64,000 nucleotides of DNA from assembly GCA_965112155.1 (NCBI GenBank), contig OZ218105.1, one strand, 5' to 3'. The first letter of the stretch is position 1. Every line of letters starts with the position of its first letter. The stretch comes from Podarcis liolepis (taxonomy: Eukaryota). Both the position numbers and the translations under genes were made by a program. The notes beneath the pieces were generated by a model that was not told the origin of the DNA, ran no database searches, and worked only from the letters and a program-made list of their open reading frames with translations. Below, piece after piece: positions 1 through 11,392 of the stretch.

Positions 1-1687
1 TATCGTTTTGATCCAAAATGTACACCCACACAGTGGCGTTGTTGCTGAGAGAGGGAGAGCCGCCATCTTGGGCCTTCACTTGGATCTGAAACTCCCTGAA
101 TTGCTCATAGTCAAAGGAGCGCTGTGCATAGATAGTTCCCGTCTCAGAGTTGATGGAGACGTAAGAGGAGAGAGGCAGCTCCTCCATGTTGCTGTTGTGG
201 ATGGAGTAAGTGATACGTGAGTTGCGGTCCAGATCCGGGTCCGAGGCTTTGATGGAGAAAATGGAGGCGCCTGAGGGATTGTTTTCAGGCACAAAGACAC
301 TGTAGGTTGATTTTTCAAAGGCAGGTGGGTTGTCATTGATATCTGAAATCTGCAGGGAGATGGTTTTGTTGGAGGAGAGAGGGGGGCTACCTTTGTCGGT
401 GGCCGTGATTGTGATGTTGTATCCTGAGGCTTTTTCTCTGTCCAAAGGACTGTCTGTGAGGATTTTATAGTAGTTCTTTGAAGTTGACACTATTTTAAAT
501 GGTACATTACCTTGTAGATGGCAAGTAATTTTTCCATTTTCTCCAGAATCTTTATCCTTTACGTTGATGAGAGCAATTAGTGTTTCAGAAGCAGAGTCTT
601 CAGGAACTGGACTAGATAAGGAGGCCAGAATGATCTCTGGAGCATTGTCATTCTCATCTATAATCTTTATATCAACATTACAGTGAGCCACTAATCCACC
701 TCCATCTCTTGCTTCAACTGTCATAGTGTACTTCTCTGTTTCCTCGAAGTCAAGGGTCTCCTTAATTGTAATTGTTCCACTTTGTGGATCTAGTCTAAAT
801 TTCTCATAGACTTTTTCTGGGACTTTACTGAATGTGTAACTGATCCGACTATTTGAACCTTCATCCCTATCAGAGGCTTTTACTTGGAGTATGGGGGACC
901 CCACAGGGGAATTTTCCCTCAGGCTAACTGTATAAACCTCTTGAGTGAAGACTGGTGGGTTGTCATTGGCATCTGTGACGTTAATCCATATCTGGGCAGT
1001 CCCAGTTTTTTTGGGTTCACCTCCATCAAGAGCCGTGAGGATCAACTGAAGCGAGTGCTCACTTTCCCGATCCAAAGGTTTCTGCAGCACCAATTCTGCA
1101 TATTTATGGCCGTCCAGACTATGCTTAATTTCTAATATAAAGAACTGATTTAGGCTTAACTGATAATTCTGGAGAGAATTAATCCCAATATCAGGATCTT
1201 CAGCTTTCCCAAGGGGAAATCTGGTACCCGGCAATGTAGATTCAATTATATCTAGTCTAATATTGGATTCTAGGAATTGTGGGGCATTATCATTAATGTC
1301 CTGAATTGCTACACTTACATGGAAAACATTCAATGGCTTTTCAACCATAGCTTCAAAATCAATAATGCAGTGTGTGCTCTCTCTACACATCCCCTCACGA
1401 TCTATCCTCTCATTCACATACAGGTTTCCATTTTCAGCATTGATAGTGAAATATGGCTTTTTACCTTCAGAAATGATATGCAGGTTTCTGTTCTTCAGTT
1501 CTCTGGCATTCAGACCCAGATCCTTGGCAAGATTTCCCACCAAAGATCCCTTTGCCATCTCCTCAGGGATGGAATAGTGAACCTCTTCCAAAACTGCTCC
1601 ACAGAACAAAGATGAAAATATCAGAAGGGTAATATGCCTTCCTGGTGTTTGAAAGCTCTCTCCATGAAGGATTCCTCTCATCTTCAT
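1..1687 (-). CDS. PCDHGB: Protocadherin gamma B-like variable exon 1 (partial: signal peptide, EC1-EC5; runs off the left edge)
   Basis: Colinear with the intact exon at 11393-13822 at the same offset of 12135 bp at both ends. ATG at 1687 (MKMRG), alternative ATG at 1681. Probably missing from the ORF track because no stop lies in the window. Symbol is subfamily level only. Confidence 0.9.
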   Translation of the reverse strand, partial: MKMRGILHGESFQTPGRHITLLIFSSLFCGAVLEEVHYSIPEEMAKGSLVGNLAKDLGLNARELKNRNLHIISEGKKPYFTINAENGNLYVNERIDREGMCRESTHCIIDFEAMVEKPLNVFHVSVAIQDINDNAPQFLESNIRLDIIESTLPGTRFPLGKAEDPDIGINSLQNYQLSLNQFFILEIKHSLDGHKYAELVLQKPLDRESEHSLQLILTALDGGEPKKTGTAQIWINVTDANDNPPVFTQEVYTVSLRENSPVGSPILQVKASDRDEGSNSRISYTFSKVPEKVYEKFRLDPQSGTITIKETLDFEETEKYTMTVEARDGGGLVAHCNVDIKIIDENDNAPEIILASLSSPVPEDSASETLIALINVKDKDSGENGKITCHLQGNVPFKIVSTSKNYYKILTDSPLDREKASGYNITITATDKGSPPLSSNKTISLQISDINDNPPAFEKSTYSVFVPENNPSGASIFSIKASDPDLDRNSRITYSIHNSNMEELPLSSYVSINSETGTIYAQRSFDYEQFREFQIQVKAQDGGSPSLSNNATVWVYILDQND

Positions 1688-1927
1688 TTTCCTCTTCGCT
1701 TTGATGAGCACAGGATTTCAGATTTCCACCAAGACAGGAGGTTTTTCACCCCCTAGTAAAAAAAAGAACTGGATCCTTTGGCTTTGTATGTGCTGCAGTG
1801 TTTTCTGTTTTCCAGCTGAAACGTTTGTTCCAGCGTCTGCTGGTTTTCCCGATGTGCAGTTTGGGACAAAGAGATCTCTCTGCAGAAAGCATCAGTGCAA
1901 CTTCAGCTGCCCATGGATTGCCGCCTT

Positions 1928-1967
1928 GTCCAACAGTGACACTGTGAGTCTGAAACCGAGAACTGCA
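1928..1967 (-). promoter_or_regulatory. Pcdh promoter CSE / CTCF site of exon 1 (CACT variant)
   Basis: Minus strand TGCAGTTCTCGGTTTCAGACTCACAGTGTCACTGTTGGAC, 241 bp upstream of the ATG. The same 40-bp motif precedes all 11 exons. Confidence 0.85.
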
Positions 1968-4900
1968 ATCTTTTCCCAGTGATTTTTCTCTCCTAATTCA
2001 TGACATAGTAGTATTTTTATGTAATGACTCAGACCATATTCTCATACAGGCTATGTGAATATGTCTGTTAGAACGTGCTATCTGTTCACCATTATAATCA
2101 TCTTCAAATGAATATTTGCAGCAATAAAAACAGCAATCAATTTATAGCACTATTTCCACGATTTCTTTTTAAAAAATCAGAATAGCAGACTGCAGTATGA
2201 GAATGATATTGTTATTTATAATAAAAGACTTTTAAACAAATTAGAAAAATATTGTATTAGGTATTTACAGGCATCTTAGACTGTGTGTGGAAAGCCTAAG
2301 GACGTGTCTGAAAATTGTGTTTACCTTTACATAATTTCACTGAAAATAGTGCCACATCTCAAGTCCTATTTTGTCACCTTATGTCCACACGATTTCTGGT
2401 CTGTTTGTGTAGCTTCCTCCTTCAACAGATGTACTGTGTCAGTATTTACCTTTGCCATTTTCCCCACCTGCCCATTTGTCCAGTTACGATAGACACTTTG
2501 CTGATTTCATTTAGTTTGTGGTGTGTGCTATTGACCTTACACAACACCCCAGCTACTTCACAATATCACAGTTATGGTTAATCCTCTCTACGTATGCAAA
2601 CAATATGGAGATCCCTATTTTGCCGGGGGACGAGATAAGACAACCAGAAAGCTAATCAGAAATCTCAGCAGTCCTTTCAGTATTTTAGGAAGTTACATGT
2701 GGTCTCCAGCTGTCAATACAACTTCATTTAATCAAGGAACAAAACTGAATAAATAAGCCCTGGGTGTTATATCCTGGATCTCAAATGTTCTGAGCTTTCC
2801 CCTCCATTTTTAAACTTCTTTTTCTATGTTTATGTGGTAGCTGAGCACACTGCAATTGTCAGTCATGGGCCTGTCCCCTAATTCCTTCCAACAGCTAGCA
2901 CCAACCCTGGCAAGAACACTCCTCCATCCTCACATCTGCCCTACTGGCCATGAGCCCAGCAGGGAGTTGGAGGGGGTTGTTCATTGAAGGCTTAAGGAAC
3001 TCAAGTACCTGCTAAGATATCCCACAATACTATGATCAGAAATACAGTTATCCATCTATTCATGCATTCATGTCATGTAAGTATCATAGCTAACATGTTG
3101 GTACAGCAGTTCAAGAATTCAACATGCTTCGTGTATATTGAGCTGGTCTCATTTAAAAAAGAAAACTGTGAACCAGGAATTCCATGGTATGAATTTTGCC
3201 TCTGACAGGAACTCAATTATATAAGAATTCTAAGATAATGTGTCAAATCCAGACGCCATCATACTTAGAGTAGCCCCACTTAAACAAATTTGACTTAAAT
3301 TAGTCTTGTTTGACTAATTGATCCAAGGATAACTAATTCTGAATTTGACCCATTATATGCAATGCCCTTTGAAACTTATAAATATCATATACACAGTATC
3401 ATTATTATTGTCTAAATCATGAGGCAGAAATACACGACGCAGGTAGGTAGCATTACTGAAAAAACTGACATGGAAATTGAAGACAGCAAGAGGCCAGGGA
3501 AAATATGATAACTTTTATGCAGTCTTGGATGACTTTATAGATTATACAAACAATGAGGCATGTGGCAGAACAGTGCCTTGGCATAACTGTCAACTTTTCC
3601 CTTTGCTTGCGAGGAATCCTATTCGGAATAAGGGAATTTCCTTTGAAAAAAGGGAAACGTTGACAGCTATGTGCCTTGGCCTACAGCACAGTTTGGTGTG
3701 CATGAAGCACATATTTTATTTTATTTTTCCTCCTTCCTTCTTGCCTTTGAATAATCCCTGCAGACCAGCCCTGCTGCTGATACAATATATATTTGTAGTT
3801 GTGATCAACAGTCAAAGAGATGGAGGTTATTATGTACCATTTTGTTTCTGTTGAGATTGAAATAATTTTAGAATATACACTTTAGCAAAGCTCTGTGGAG
3901 TATTTGAAGATAACTGTCTGGCTGTATGTAGTTGTTTTATTTTTGTTTTAAATAAATTTTAAAAATAAATAAATGCACAATGCATGTATTTAAGAAAATA
4001 TCCCACATTATCTGTGCGCCTGTCTGTCTCTCAGACAGTCGTTTAGAAAGAGCTTTGATGCAATGTGGTTTCACTTAAAGGAATATGGGGGCTGGAAATA
4101 GCCACAATCGACTCATTTATTTACGTCTGCTCTGATTTCTACCAAGTTGAAGGCCTTCCTTGCAGGTCACATTTAATTGGTGACCCCACTCTGGACTTAA
4201 GATTGGGATCAGTACTGAAACTGGTATTTGCTCTTCACTCAATTTTGTGTAGAGGAGGACATTTAAACACCAGGAGCAGGTAAATCTTAGGTATGAGATA
4301 ATTAGTTCTCCTTTCCACATCCACCCAAGCTAGTAAGGACGCTATGAGGCTAAGCATCCTTTTATGCCATGTTGCGCCCACTCTAGGTTCCTTAGGTTTC
4401 TAACCTACATAGAACATGTGCATTGTGGACTATTTAAATGGAATACTGGTATCTAGATGTAGCAAGGCTTTAAATCTCCACACTCTGAATTTTAATACTG
4501 AATTCCAGTATTAAAATAAGAAAAATGTGTCGACTAAACTAATCTAGATGTCATTAGTTTGATAAGGCAATTCAATCAGATGTTTCTGGAACTTTCCTCG
4601 TCATTGAATGAAACAGGGAAGCTCTAGATCTGAACTATGTATAAATACTTTATACAATGATGTTTAATGTGAATTGTAGGCAGCAATTCATTGTATAATT
4701 TCTAAGTGAAATTATATAAACAGCATAATTCACACTCATAACTTAGATTCAAACAATCTACTGAAGTTCATGGTAGCTGCAGTTCATTAAACTGAAAACT
4801 CACACAGTATAAATTAACAAATTTATAATTAATTTGATTTTATGGAGAAGGAAGTAAAGCATAATTTACAGACACCTCTCAAAAGTATATGTCTTTAAAA

Positions 4901-5356
4901 TCTATTGCTTAAAAAAATTGCTAGTAATACTAATAACAGTGACAGTATTTTCTGCTATATAGCAAGGTGCCCTCCTATGATTCTACAGCCAAAATTTCTG
5001 CCCCCCCCCAAGCCAAGTAATGTGAAAAACAAAGTTCTTTCCCTCACTTTATTTAATTTAATAAAAGTAGTTGAAGGTCAACTCCTCAAAATACTAGTTG
5101 TTCAAATGACAACAAGATAAGTTCTACCAGATGGTTTCAAGGGCATGGCTCGAAGCTGTAATGTGTAGCTTCCCCATGGAGTGAAAAGGACGCATCCTGA
5201 TTCATGAAAGCCAAATGATGTAAGAGCCAAACTATTCATTTATATGATGAAAAACAAAAAGGCAGTCACATTAACTGGATAAAAAGCACTCTGACAATGT
5301 CACTAATGGCAAAGAATAATAGATAATGTCATTTAATTTCAGAAAACAAACCTTAC

Positions 5357-7777
5357 CTGTTCTCCATTATCTACTGCAGAATCAAAATTGTTCCCTACAT
5401 TGCCTGTAAAAGGCACAGCAGGTTTCTCACTGCTTAGAATATTGTCTGCCATCTGAACATTGGGTGTCAGGAAGGCAAACTCATTCTTCCTGGTCTCAGA
5501 AGACAGACACAGCTGGTAGGAATAGGGCAAAGTCCCATCTTCAAAGTTGGGTGGGAAGATGGCACCATTCTTGGAATGGGGAACAGGACCAAAGCACTGT
5601 AGGAACCTGGGATGCCCTGAGTGACGGAGCTTCATTGTAACGGCCAGAATCACAGTCAAGAGGAACAAGAAGGAGATCACAGCTAAGGCCAGCACCAAGT
5701 AGAACTGCAGGTCAGACTGATAGTCCAAGCTGCTGGGTTGGCTCTTCATTTCCGGAAGGGCCTCCTGAAAGTTCTCAGCAAACACCAGGTTCAGAGTCAT
5801 GGTGGCCGAGAGAGACGGCTGCCCGTTATCCTTCACCGTAATGACCAGTCTCTGTTTCACAGCGTCTCTCTCCACAAAGGCCCTGGCTGTCCTGATCTCT
5901 CCAGTGTGAGAACCAACCGTGAAGAGTGCCGGCTCAGTGGCCTGAGTCAGGTGGTAGGAGAGCCAGGCGTTGTGTCCAGAATCTGCATCCACGGCCACCA
6001 CCTTGGTGACAAGATAATCTGCCTCGGCCGAACGAGGCACCATCTCAAACAAGATTGAGCCCTTGGCTTCTTGTGAGGGGGACAGGATACGAGGGCTGTT
6101 ATCATTCCTGTCAAGAACAAACACTCTGACGGTCACATTGCTGCTGAGAGGCGGAGAACCCCCATCTTGGGCCTTCACTTGCAGCCGAAACTCTCTGAAT
6201 TGTTCATAGTCAAAGGATCTCTGGGCATAGATGGTGCCAGTCTCTGAATTAATGGAGATATAGGAGGAGATGGGAAGCTCCTCGATGTTGCTGTTGAGGA
6301 TGGAGTATGTGATCCGTGAGTTCTGGTCCACATCGGGATCAGAGGCTTTGATGGTGAAAATGGAGGCACCTGAAGGATTGTTTTCTGGCACGTAGATGCT
6401 GTAGATTGATCTCTGAAAAGCAGGGGCATTATCATTGATATCTGAGATCTGTAGTGAGATTGTTTTGTGTGTGGAAAGAGGTGGAGTTCCTCTATCAGTG
6501 GCTGTGATTGTAATATTGTATGCAGGAGCTATTTCCCTATCCAGAGGACTGTCGGTCTGGAGCTTGAAGTAATTGTTAGATGAGGGAAGAATTTTGAAGG
6601 GTAAATTATCGTTTAAGTAGCAAGTAACCTTCCCATTATCTCCACTATCTTTGTCATTCACATTGATCAGTGCAATGATTGTTCCTGGCAGAGAATCTTC
6701 AGGAACAGGACTGAACATGGAGGCTAAGGTCACATCTGGGGCATTATCATTCTCATCTTGAACCCTTAGCTCAATGTTAGAATGTGTCACCAATCCACCA
6801 CCATCTTTTGCAGCAACTGTCATAGTATATTCATCATCGTCCTCAAAATCCAGTTCCTCCAGAAGAGTGATTCTACCACTGATGGGATCCAGCCTGAATT
6901 TCTGTTCAGCAGTTGCCGGTATGTTGCTAAAATGATACCTGATTTGGGCATTTGTACCTTCATCCTTATCAGAGGCTGCAACCTGGAGAACAAGTGACCC
7001 AACAGGAACATTTTCAGATAAGCTGACCTTGTACACCTCTTGAGTGAAAACAGGTGGGTTGTCATTGGCATCAGTAACATTAATCCGTATCTGGGCCGTC
7101 CCAGTTTTCCTAGGCTCACCCCCATCCATAGCAGTAAGAACCAAGTGAAGGGTCTGTTCACTTTCTCGATCAAGAGGTTTCTGTAGCACCAGTTCTGCAT
7201 ATTTATTTCCATCTTTTCTCTCTCTCACTTCCAAATTGAAATACTGATTGGAGCTCAGCTGGTAATCCTGGAGAGAGTTCATCCCAATGTCAGGATCTTC
7301 CGCTTTCCCAAGGAGAAAGCGGGCCCCAGGCAAGGTTAGTTCGCCTGTCTCCAGGTTGATGTTGCCATTGAGGAATTGTGGTGCATTATCATTAACATCC
7401 TGTATTTCCACTAGTACATGGAAAATATTCAAAGGGTTTTCCACCACAACTTCAAAATTAACAAAGCAATTTGGATTTTTGCCACATATCCCCTCCCTAT
7501 CAATCCTGTCATTTACATAGAGGTTTCCATTCTCTGCATTGATACTGAAATGCTGCATTTTAGCCACAGACACAGTGTGCAGATTGCGATGTTTTAGTTC
7601 TTTGGCGCTCAGTCCCAGGTCCTTGGCGAGGTTCCCCACAACGGAACCCTTTGCCATCTCCTCAGGGGTTGAATAATGAATCTGCTCTGATGCAGCCCAA
7701 CAGGTAAAAGACAAGAGAGAGAGAAGCAGTACTTGCCTTGTGAGTGCCCTGCCATTCCCTGGGTGCCTTCTCTCCAT
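5357..7777 (-). CDS. PCDHGB: Protocadherin gamma B-like variable exon 2 (807 codons)
   Basis: ORF 5339-7777 with six cadherin repeats (DxNDN, LDRE, AxDxG), TM and gammaB motifs [10 protein letters not shown] and [13 protein letters not shown]. Donor CAG|GTAAGG at 5357/5356, phase 0. Confidence 0.95.
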
Positions 7778-8048
7778 CTGGCTGGTTCTCTCAAAAACAG
7801 GCTGCTTCCTTTTCTCAGTTTCCTATGCTCAAGCTCTCACAGTGATGAAGGAAACAACATGAGGTATCACTGAAGAAGAATAAACTGCCCTTGTTCTCAT
7901 ATGTGTGCAAAGCAAAAGAGATTTTTCCTTCTCTGCACGAGTTCCGTCACTGTGCTCTTCAGCTGGCCTGATCTGAATAGCAGGGATGGGAGTTACTGCA
8001 GTCTAGGAAGCATCAATGGATGTCTATCCTCTCTCTGGCTCTCATACT

Positions 8049-8088
8049 GGCCAACACTGACACTTAGAGGACCAGTCAAGGAACTGCA
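8049..8088 (-). promoter_or_regulatory. CSE / CTCF site of exon 2 (CAGT variant)
   Basis: Minus strand TGCAGTTCCTTGACTGGTCCTCTAAGTGTCAGTGTTGGCC, 272 bp upstream of the ATG. Confidence 0.8.
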
Positions 8089-8598
8089 TTTTGTTCTATG
8101 AAAATAGACAGAGGTGAATAAATGCAGGTGTTTCTCCAGCACATACTGTACCTTCCTTTCTGCTCACTGAGTGGAGCATTTGAGAAGGCTTTTCCTTGGT
8201 GTTCTTTCTTAGTGTACAGCTACTCTAATTTATGTTCGTGGCGTTTCAGTACTGTGAAAATTGGGTTCATATCTGATACTGCAATTACATGAAGGTTATA
8301 CACATCTTCATTTTTTTTGAAACATGGAAACACTATTATTAATACATAAATATCCAGTTACATAGTAAAACTTTATCTTAAAATTAATGTATTACGATAA
8401 TAGTTACGCTATAGTAGCACAAGAGCTGTAAGTCAACTGTATTTTTGTTGTTGTTGCTTAAATAGAATATAAACACCCTATTGAAATTATTCTCTTTTTT
8501 TATCTCTCCTAAGTTGTTGGATGTCTGTTCATCAACATTTATGGAACAGAGTACAAGTTCTTCTCAGTGTTGGGTAGGAATTCCAAGAGTAATGTAAT

Positions 8599-8772
8599 AA
8601 AAGTGTAAAGGACCCCTGGATAGTTAAGTTCAGTCAAAGGCGACTATGGGGTGGCGGCGCTCATCTCTCTTTCAGGCCGAGGGAGCCGGCATTTGTCCAC
8701 AGACAGCTTTCCAGGTCATGTGGCCAGCATGACTAAACAGCTTTTGGCACAACGGAACACCTTGACGGAAGC
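8599..8772 (-). mobile_element. Sauria-type SINE, 3' fragment
   Basis: Plus strand gtaaaggacccctgga...cgactatggggtggcggcgctcatctc...ggccgagggagccggc...ggtcatgtggccagcatgact matches my recollection of the squamate Sauria SINE. The ACCTTT-like tail is at the left end. Confidence 0.75.
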
Positions 8773-8919
8773 TAGGCATGATCCAACAGGATAAAATGTT
8801 TGTTGGCACTTTACATGTGAGCTCATATCATGATAATAGCATCATGAAGTTTGGGAACTGAGAACAGTGGAGAGACAAGAGGTGTTAGAAGAAATCAATA
8901 GTGTCTAATTGAAAGAGTA

Positions 8920-9253
8920 CAGTGGTGCCTCGCAAGACGAAATTAATTCGTTCCGTGAGTTTTTTCGTCTAGCAATTTTTCGTCTTGCGAAGCACGGTGT
9001 CAGAAAAGTTTTGGAAAAGCTTCAAAAACCTCAAAAAAGGCTACCACACCGCGTTCTATGAGTTGCTCCTCGAAGTCAAGTCACAACTGTATTAACAGTG
9101 TTAAGAAAAAGGAAACAAACTTGCAAGACGTTTTCGTCTTGCGAAGCAAGCCCATAGGGAAATTCGTCTTGCGAAGCAGCTCAAAAACCGCAAAACCCTT
9201 TCGTCTAGCGAGTTTTTCGTCTTGTGAGGCATTCGTCTTGCGGGGCACCACTG
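8920..9253. mobile_element. Tc1/mariner-superfamily (Tigger/pogo-like) MITE, family 1
   Basis: TIRs CAGTGGTGCC(T/C)CGCAAGACGAA, TA target duplication on both sides, repeated internal CAAGACGAA motifs. Confidence 0.9.
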
Positions 9254-9604
9254 TATATGATAAAGGTTTTATTAGAAACTAACTAAAGTAATTTACTTTC
9301 AGTTTGTACGCATTAAAGGTAATATTGCTTTATAGAATATTGCTTTATAGAAGATAACATTGCTTTACAGAACAGCCTTTATTGCTCCATAGAACAGCCT
9401 CCAGGACCATAAACCCAATCTGGAGATGTGTATGCTATTCAAATATTTTTGCCTGCCATATATCCCCTTGAAACTGGAACCCCACGGAACGGAATTGACA
9501 TTTCCAAGTGATCACAACCAGAGTGCTGCCTAATTTTCAACATGCTTCTAGTTTTTCATCTGCTAGTCTATCACACAGAAACATTGCACACAATTCTATT
9601 TCAT

Positions 9605-9838
9605 AAAAACATAAGAAGAGCCCTGCTGGATCAGGCCAGAGCTCTATTGAGTCCAGCATCCTTTTCCCACTGTGGCCAACCAGATGCCCCTCAAAAGCTC
9701 TGCCCTTGGTCCACATTCAGAGGTGTCTGGTACTAGACATAATATAGCCAATGTGACAATGGTTTTTTCTAATCCCCCTTTAAAACCACCCAAGTAGGTG
9801 ACCATCATTGCACCTTGTGATAGTGATTCCCATTGTTT
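9605..9838 (-). mobile_element. CR1 LINE 3' end, left half of an interrupted copy
   Basis: acataagaagagccctgctggatcaggcc...gtccagcatcc resembles the start of the CR1 at 46020 and continues at ~10641. Confidence 0.7.
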
Positions 9839-10640
9839 GTTTGTTTAAATAAGTAAATTATTTAGAAATGGTTTATATAAAACATACAATTATCATTAAA
9901 TTCCTATTATGAAATCAAATAAAGCATATAGCCTTCATAAAGATCCAAATAAAGTATGTGGGTCTGTGTTATCTTGAACTTCATTGCAACAATAAATTAT
10001 GAAAAAACACACAGAAAGTTATCAGACTGCCTCCCCTCCCTGACTCTTAGTTGTATCATTGATAAAATATTCCATGCTGTAGTAATCCATTCCCCTAAAG
10101 TTGGTGTTCTTAGCCCCTGCTAAGACAAATAGTTGCTCTGGATACAGACACTAACTGTTGGAGTAATTATCTGTCTTCTGTTGTACTAAATCCTTAAAAT
10201 AACTAGATAAATCAATGAGAGAATCCATTGGCAAAGTGCATCCTGTAATTATTTCATTTTCTCTTATTACATCCACCCACAAATTCTTAATTTGGGACAT
10301 GCCTCCCAAATCTGTTGCATCCTAGCATTGGTTGAATTGTACCTCCAACATAATTATTTGCTGTGCTATAAATTTGACGAAACTGTGGGAGGCAGTGGAA
10401 GGCAGGAGTGCCTGGCGTGCTCTGCTCCATGGGGTCACAGCAAGTAAGACACGACTAAACAACTAAACAACAACCACCAAAATGTGACGAAGCCACAGTA
10501 GTGTCGTGTACCATAAAAAAATAAACATATATAAGTGTTTCTTAAGATTCACACTAATTGTTTGCTGCCATATCCATTTTCACTGATCCAATGTCCCAAA
10601 CGTCTGTGGCAATTACTTTGTTGCATTTAGTTGTCAACAA
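9839..10640 (-). mobile_element. Degraded L1/Tx1-type LINE 3' fragment
   Basis: Minus-strand translation with frameshifts gives WYTT..WLRHI...CWRYNSTNARMQQIWEACPKL..W, resembling the L1 ORF2 C-terminal cysteine-rich region. AT-rich tail at the left end. Confidence 0.55.
10382..10479 (+). mobile_element. Bov-B/RTE LINE 3' tip
   Basis: gcctggcgtgctctgctccatggggtcac...gacacgactaaacaactaaacaacaac, flanked by aaat(t/g)tgacgaa direct repeats. Confidence 0.8.
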
Positions 10641-10890
10641 GGAATTCCATAGTTTATCTATGCATTGTATAAAGAAGTACTTCCTTTTATCTGTTCTGAA
10701 TTTCCCAATGTTCAGCTTCATCCAGGCTCCAGTAGTATGAGGGGGGGGGATCTCTCTATTCATTTTCTCAACCTCATTCATAATTCTATACAGCTGTCTC
10801 ACTTCCCTTCTTGTATTTTATCCAAACTAAATATCCCTACAGAAGTTGTTGCACCCATGGATCATTTGGGATGCCTTTTTCTGTACTTGC
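10641..10890 (-). mobile_element. CR1 LINE ORF2 C-terminal fragment, right half of the interrupted copy
   Basis: ORF 10554-10802 contains YRIMNEVEK...MKLNIGKFRTDKRKYFFIQCIDKLWNSL, the typical CR1 ORF2 end. Confidence 0.8.
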
Positions 10891-11392
10891 TGTATTTCAC
10901 ACGACTTCTTTTTATGAATCCTCCAGAGAAGCCACACACAGTCCAAAATTATAATACAAATAAATAGGAAGCATTCATGTTCTATGCATTCTTCAGTTAA
11001 GCTGATGATAACAGGACAAATAAACTGTGCTTTGTGTGAGTGAAAAAGTACAAATCCATATTTTTAATTGATGAGGGGTGTATAAATAACTATATATTTA
11101 TGGTGACATGCTAATACACCACAGGAAGATTGAATACTCAAGCTGTATGCATGCCTACATTTCCTTTAATTCCTGAGATGAAGACTCACTCTGTCATTAT
11201 TCTATGATTCAGAATTTATGCTGCGTCTACCATTGCAATTTAAAAGCTACTTGCAGGAAAAGTTCTTCACAATCAGAACAACTGATGCCAATACTGTGAT
11301 TTGATTTTGCTGACACCATTTTATAGTAAAACAAAATAAAAATATTAGTTCTATTCCTATAAGGTAAGGCCATTTCTGAAAGCAAAACTTAC

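Larger units (their letters stand above)
1..6760. repeat. Segmental tandem duplication A, copy 1 (matches ~12136-18240)
   Basis: Exon 1, its promoter, the whole spacer (except a swapped 4115-4830 segment) and the 3' part of exon 2 align closely with exon 3, its spacer and the 3' part of exon 4. Right boundary approximate. Confidence 0.9.

Noticed and set aside
1-1687. Exon 1 as a pseudogene because it is missing from the ORF track
   Set aside because: Same offset to exon 3 at both ends and no stop noticed on spot checks. It simply runs off the window edge.
2283-3854. Short spacer ORFs repeated at 14414-15975 (likewise 44583/56898, 46671/58988, 49946/62273)
   Set aside because: Products of the segmental duplications or antisense to LINE relics. 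No recognisable domains.
4489-4517. Perfect 12-bp inverted repeat ATTTTAATACTG-N5-CAGTATTAAAAT
   Set aside because: AT-rich, single occurrence and absent from the duplicate copy. No support for function.
5738-6058. Recurrent 106-aa plus-strand ORF (also 17218, 36042, 47529, 59855) and 86-aa alternative-frame ORFs
   Set aside because: Shadow frames of the homogenised Pcdh coding block, most with non-ATG starts. Recurrence follows from DNA identity, not independent conservation.
8920-9253. Repeated CAAGACGAA motifs with spacers, superficially CRISPR-like
   Set aside because: Eukaryotic MITE with TIRs and a TA TSD. Motifs occur in both orientations with irregular spacing.
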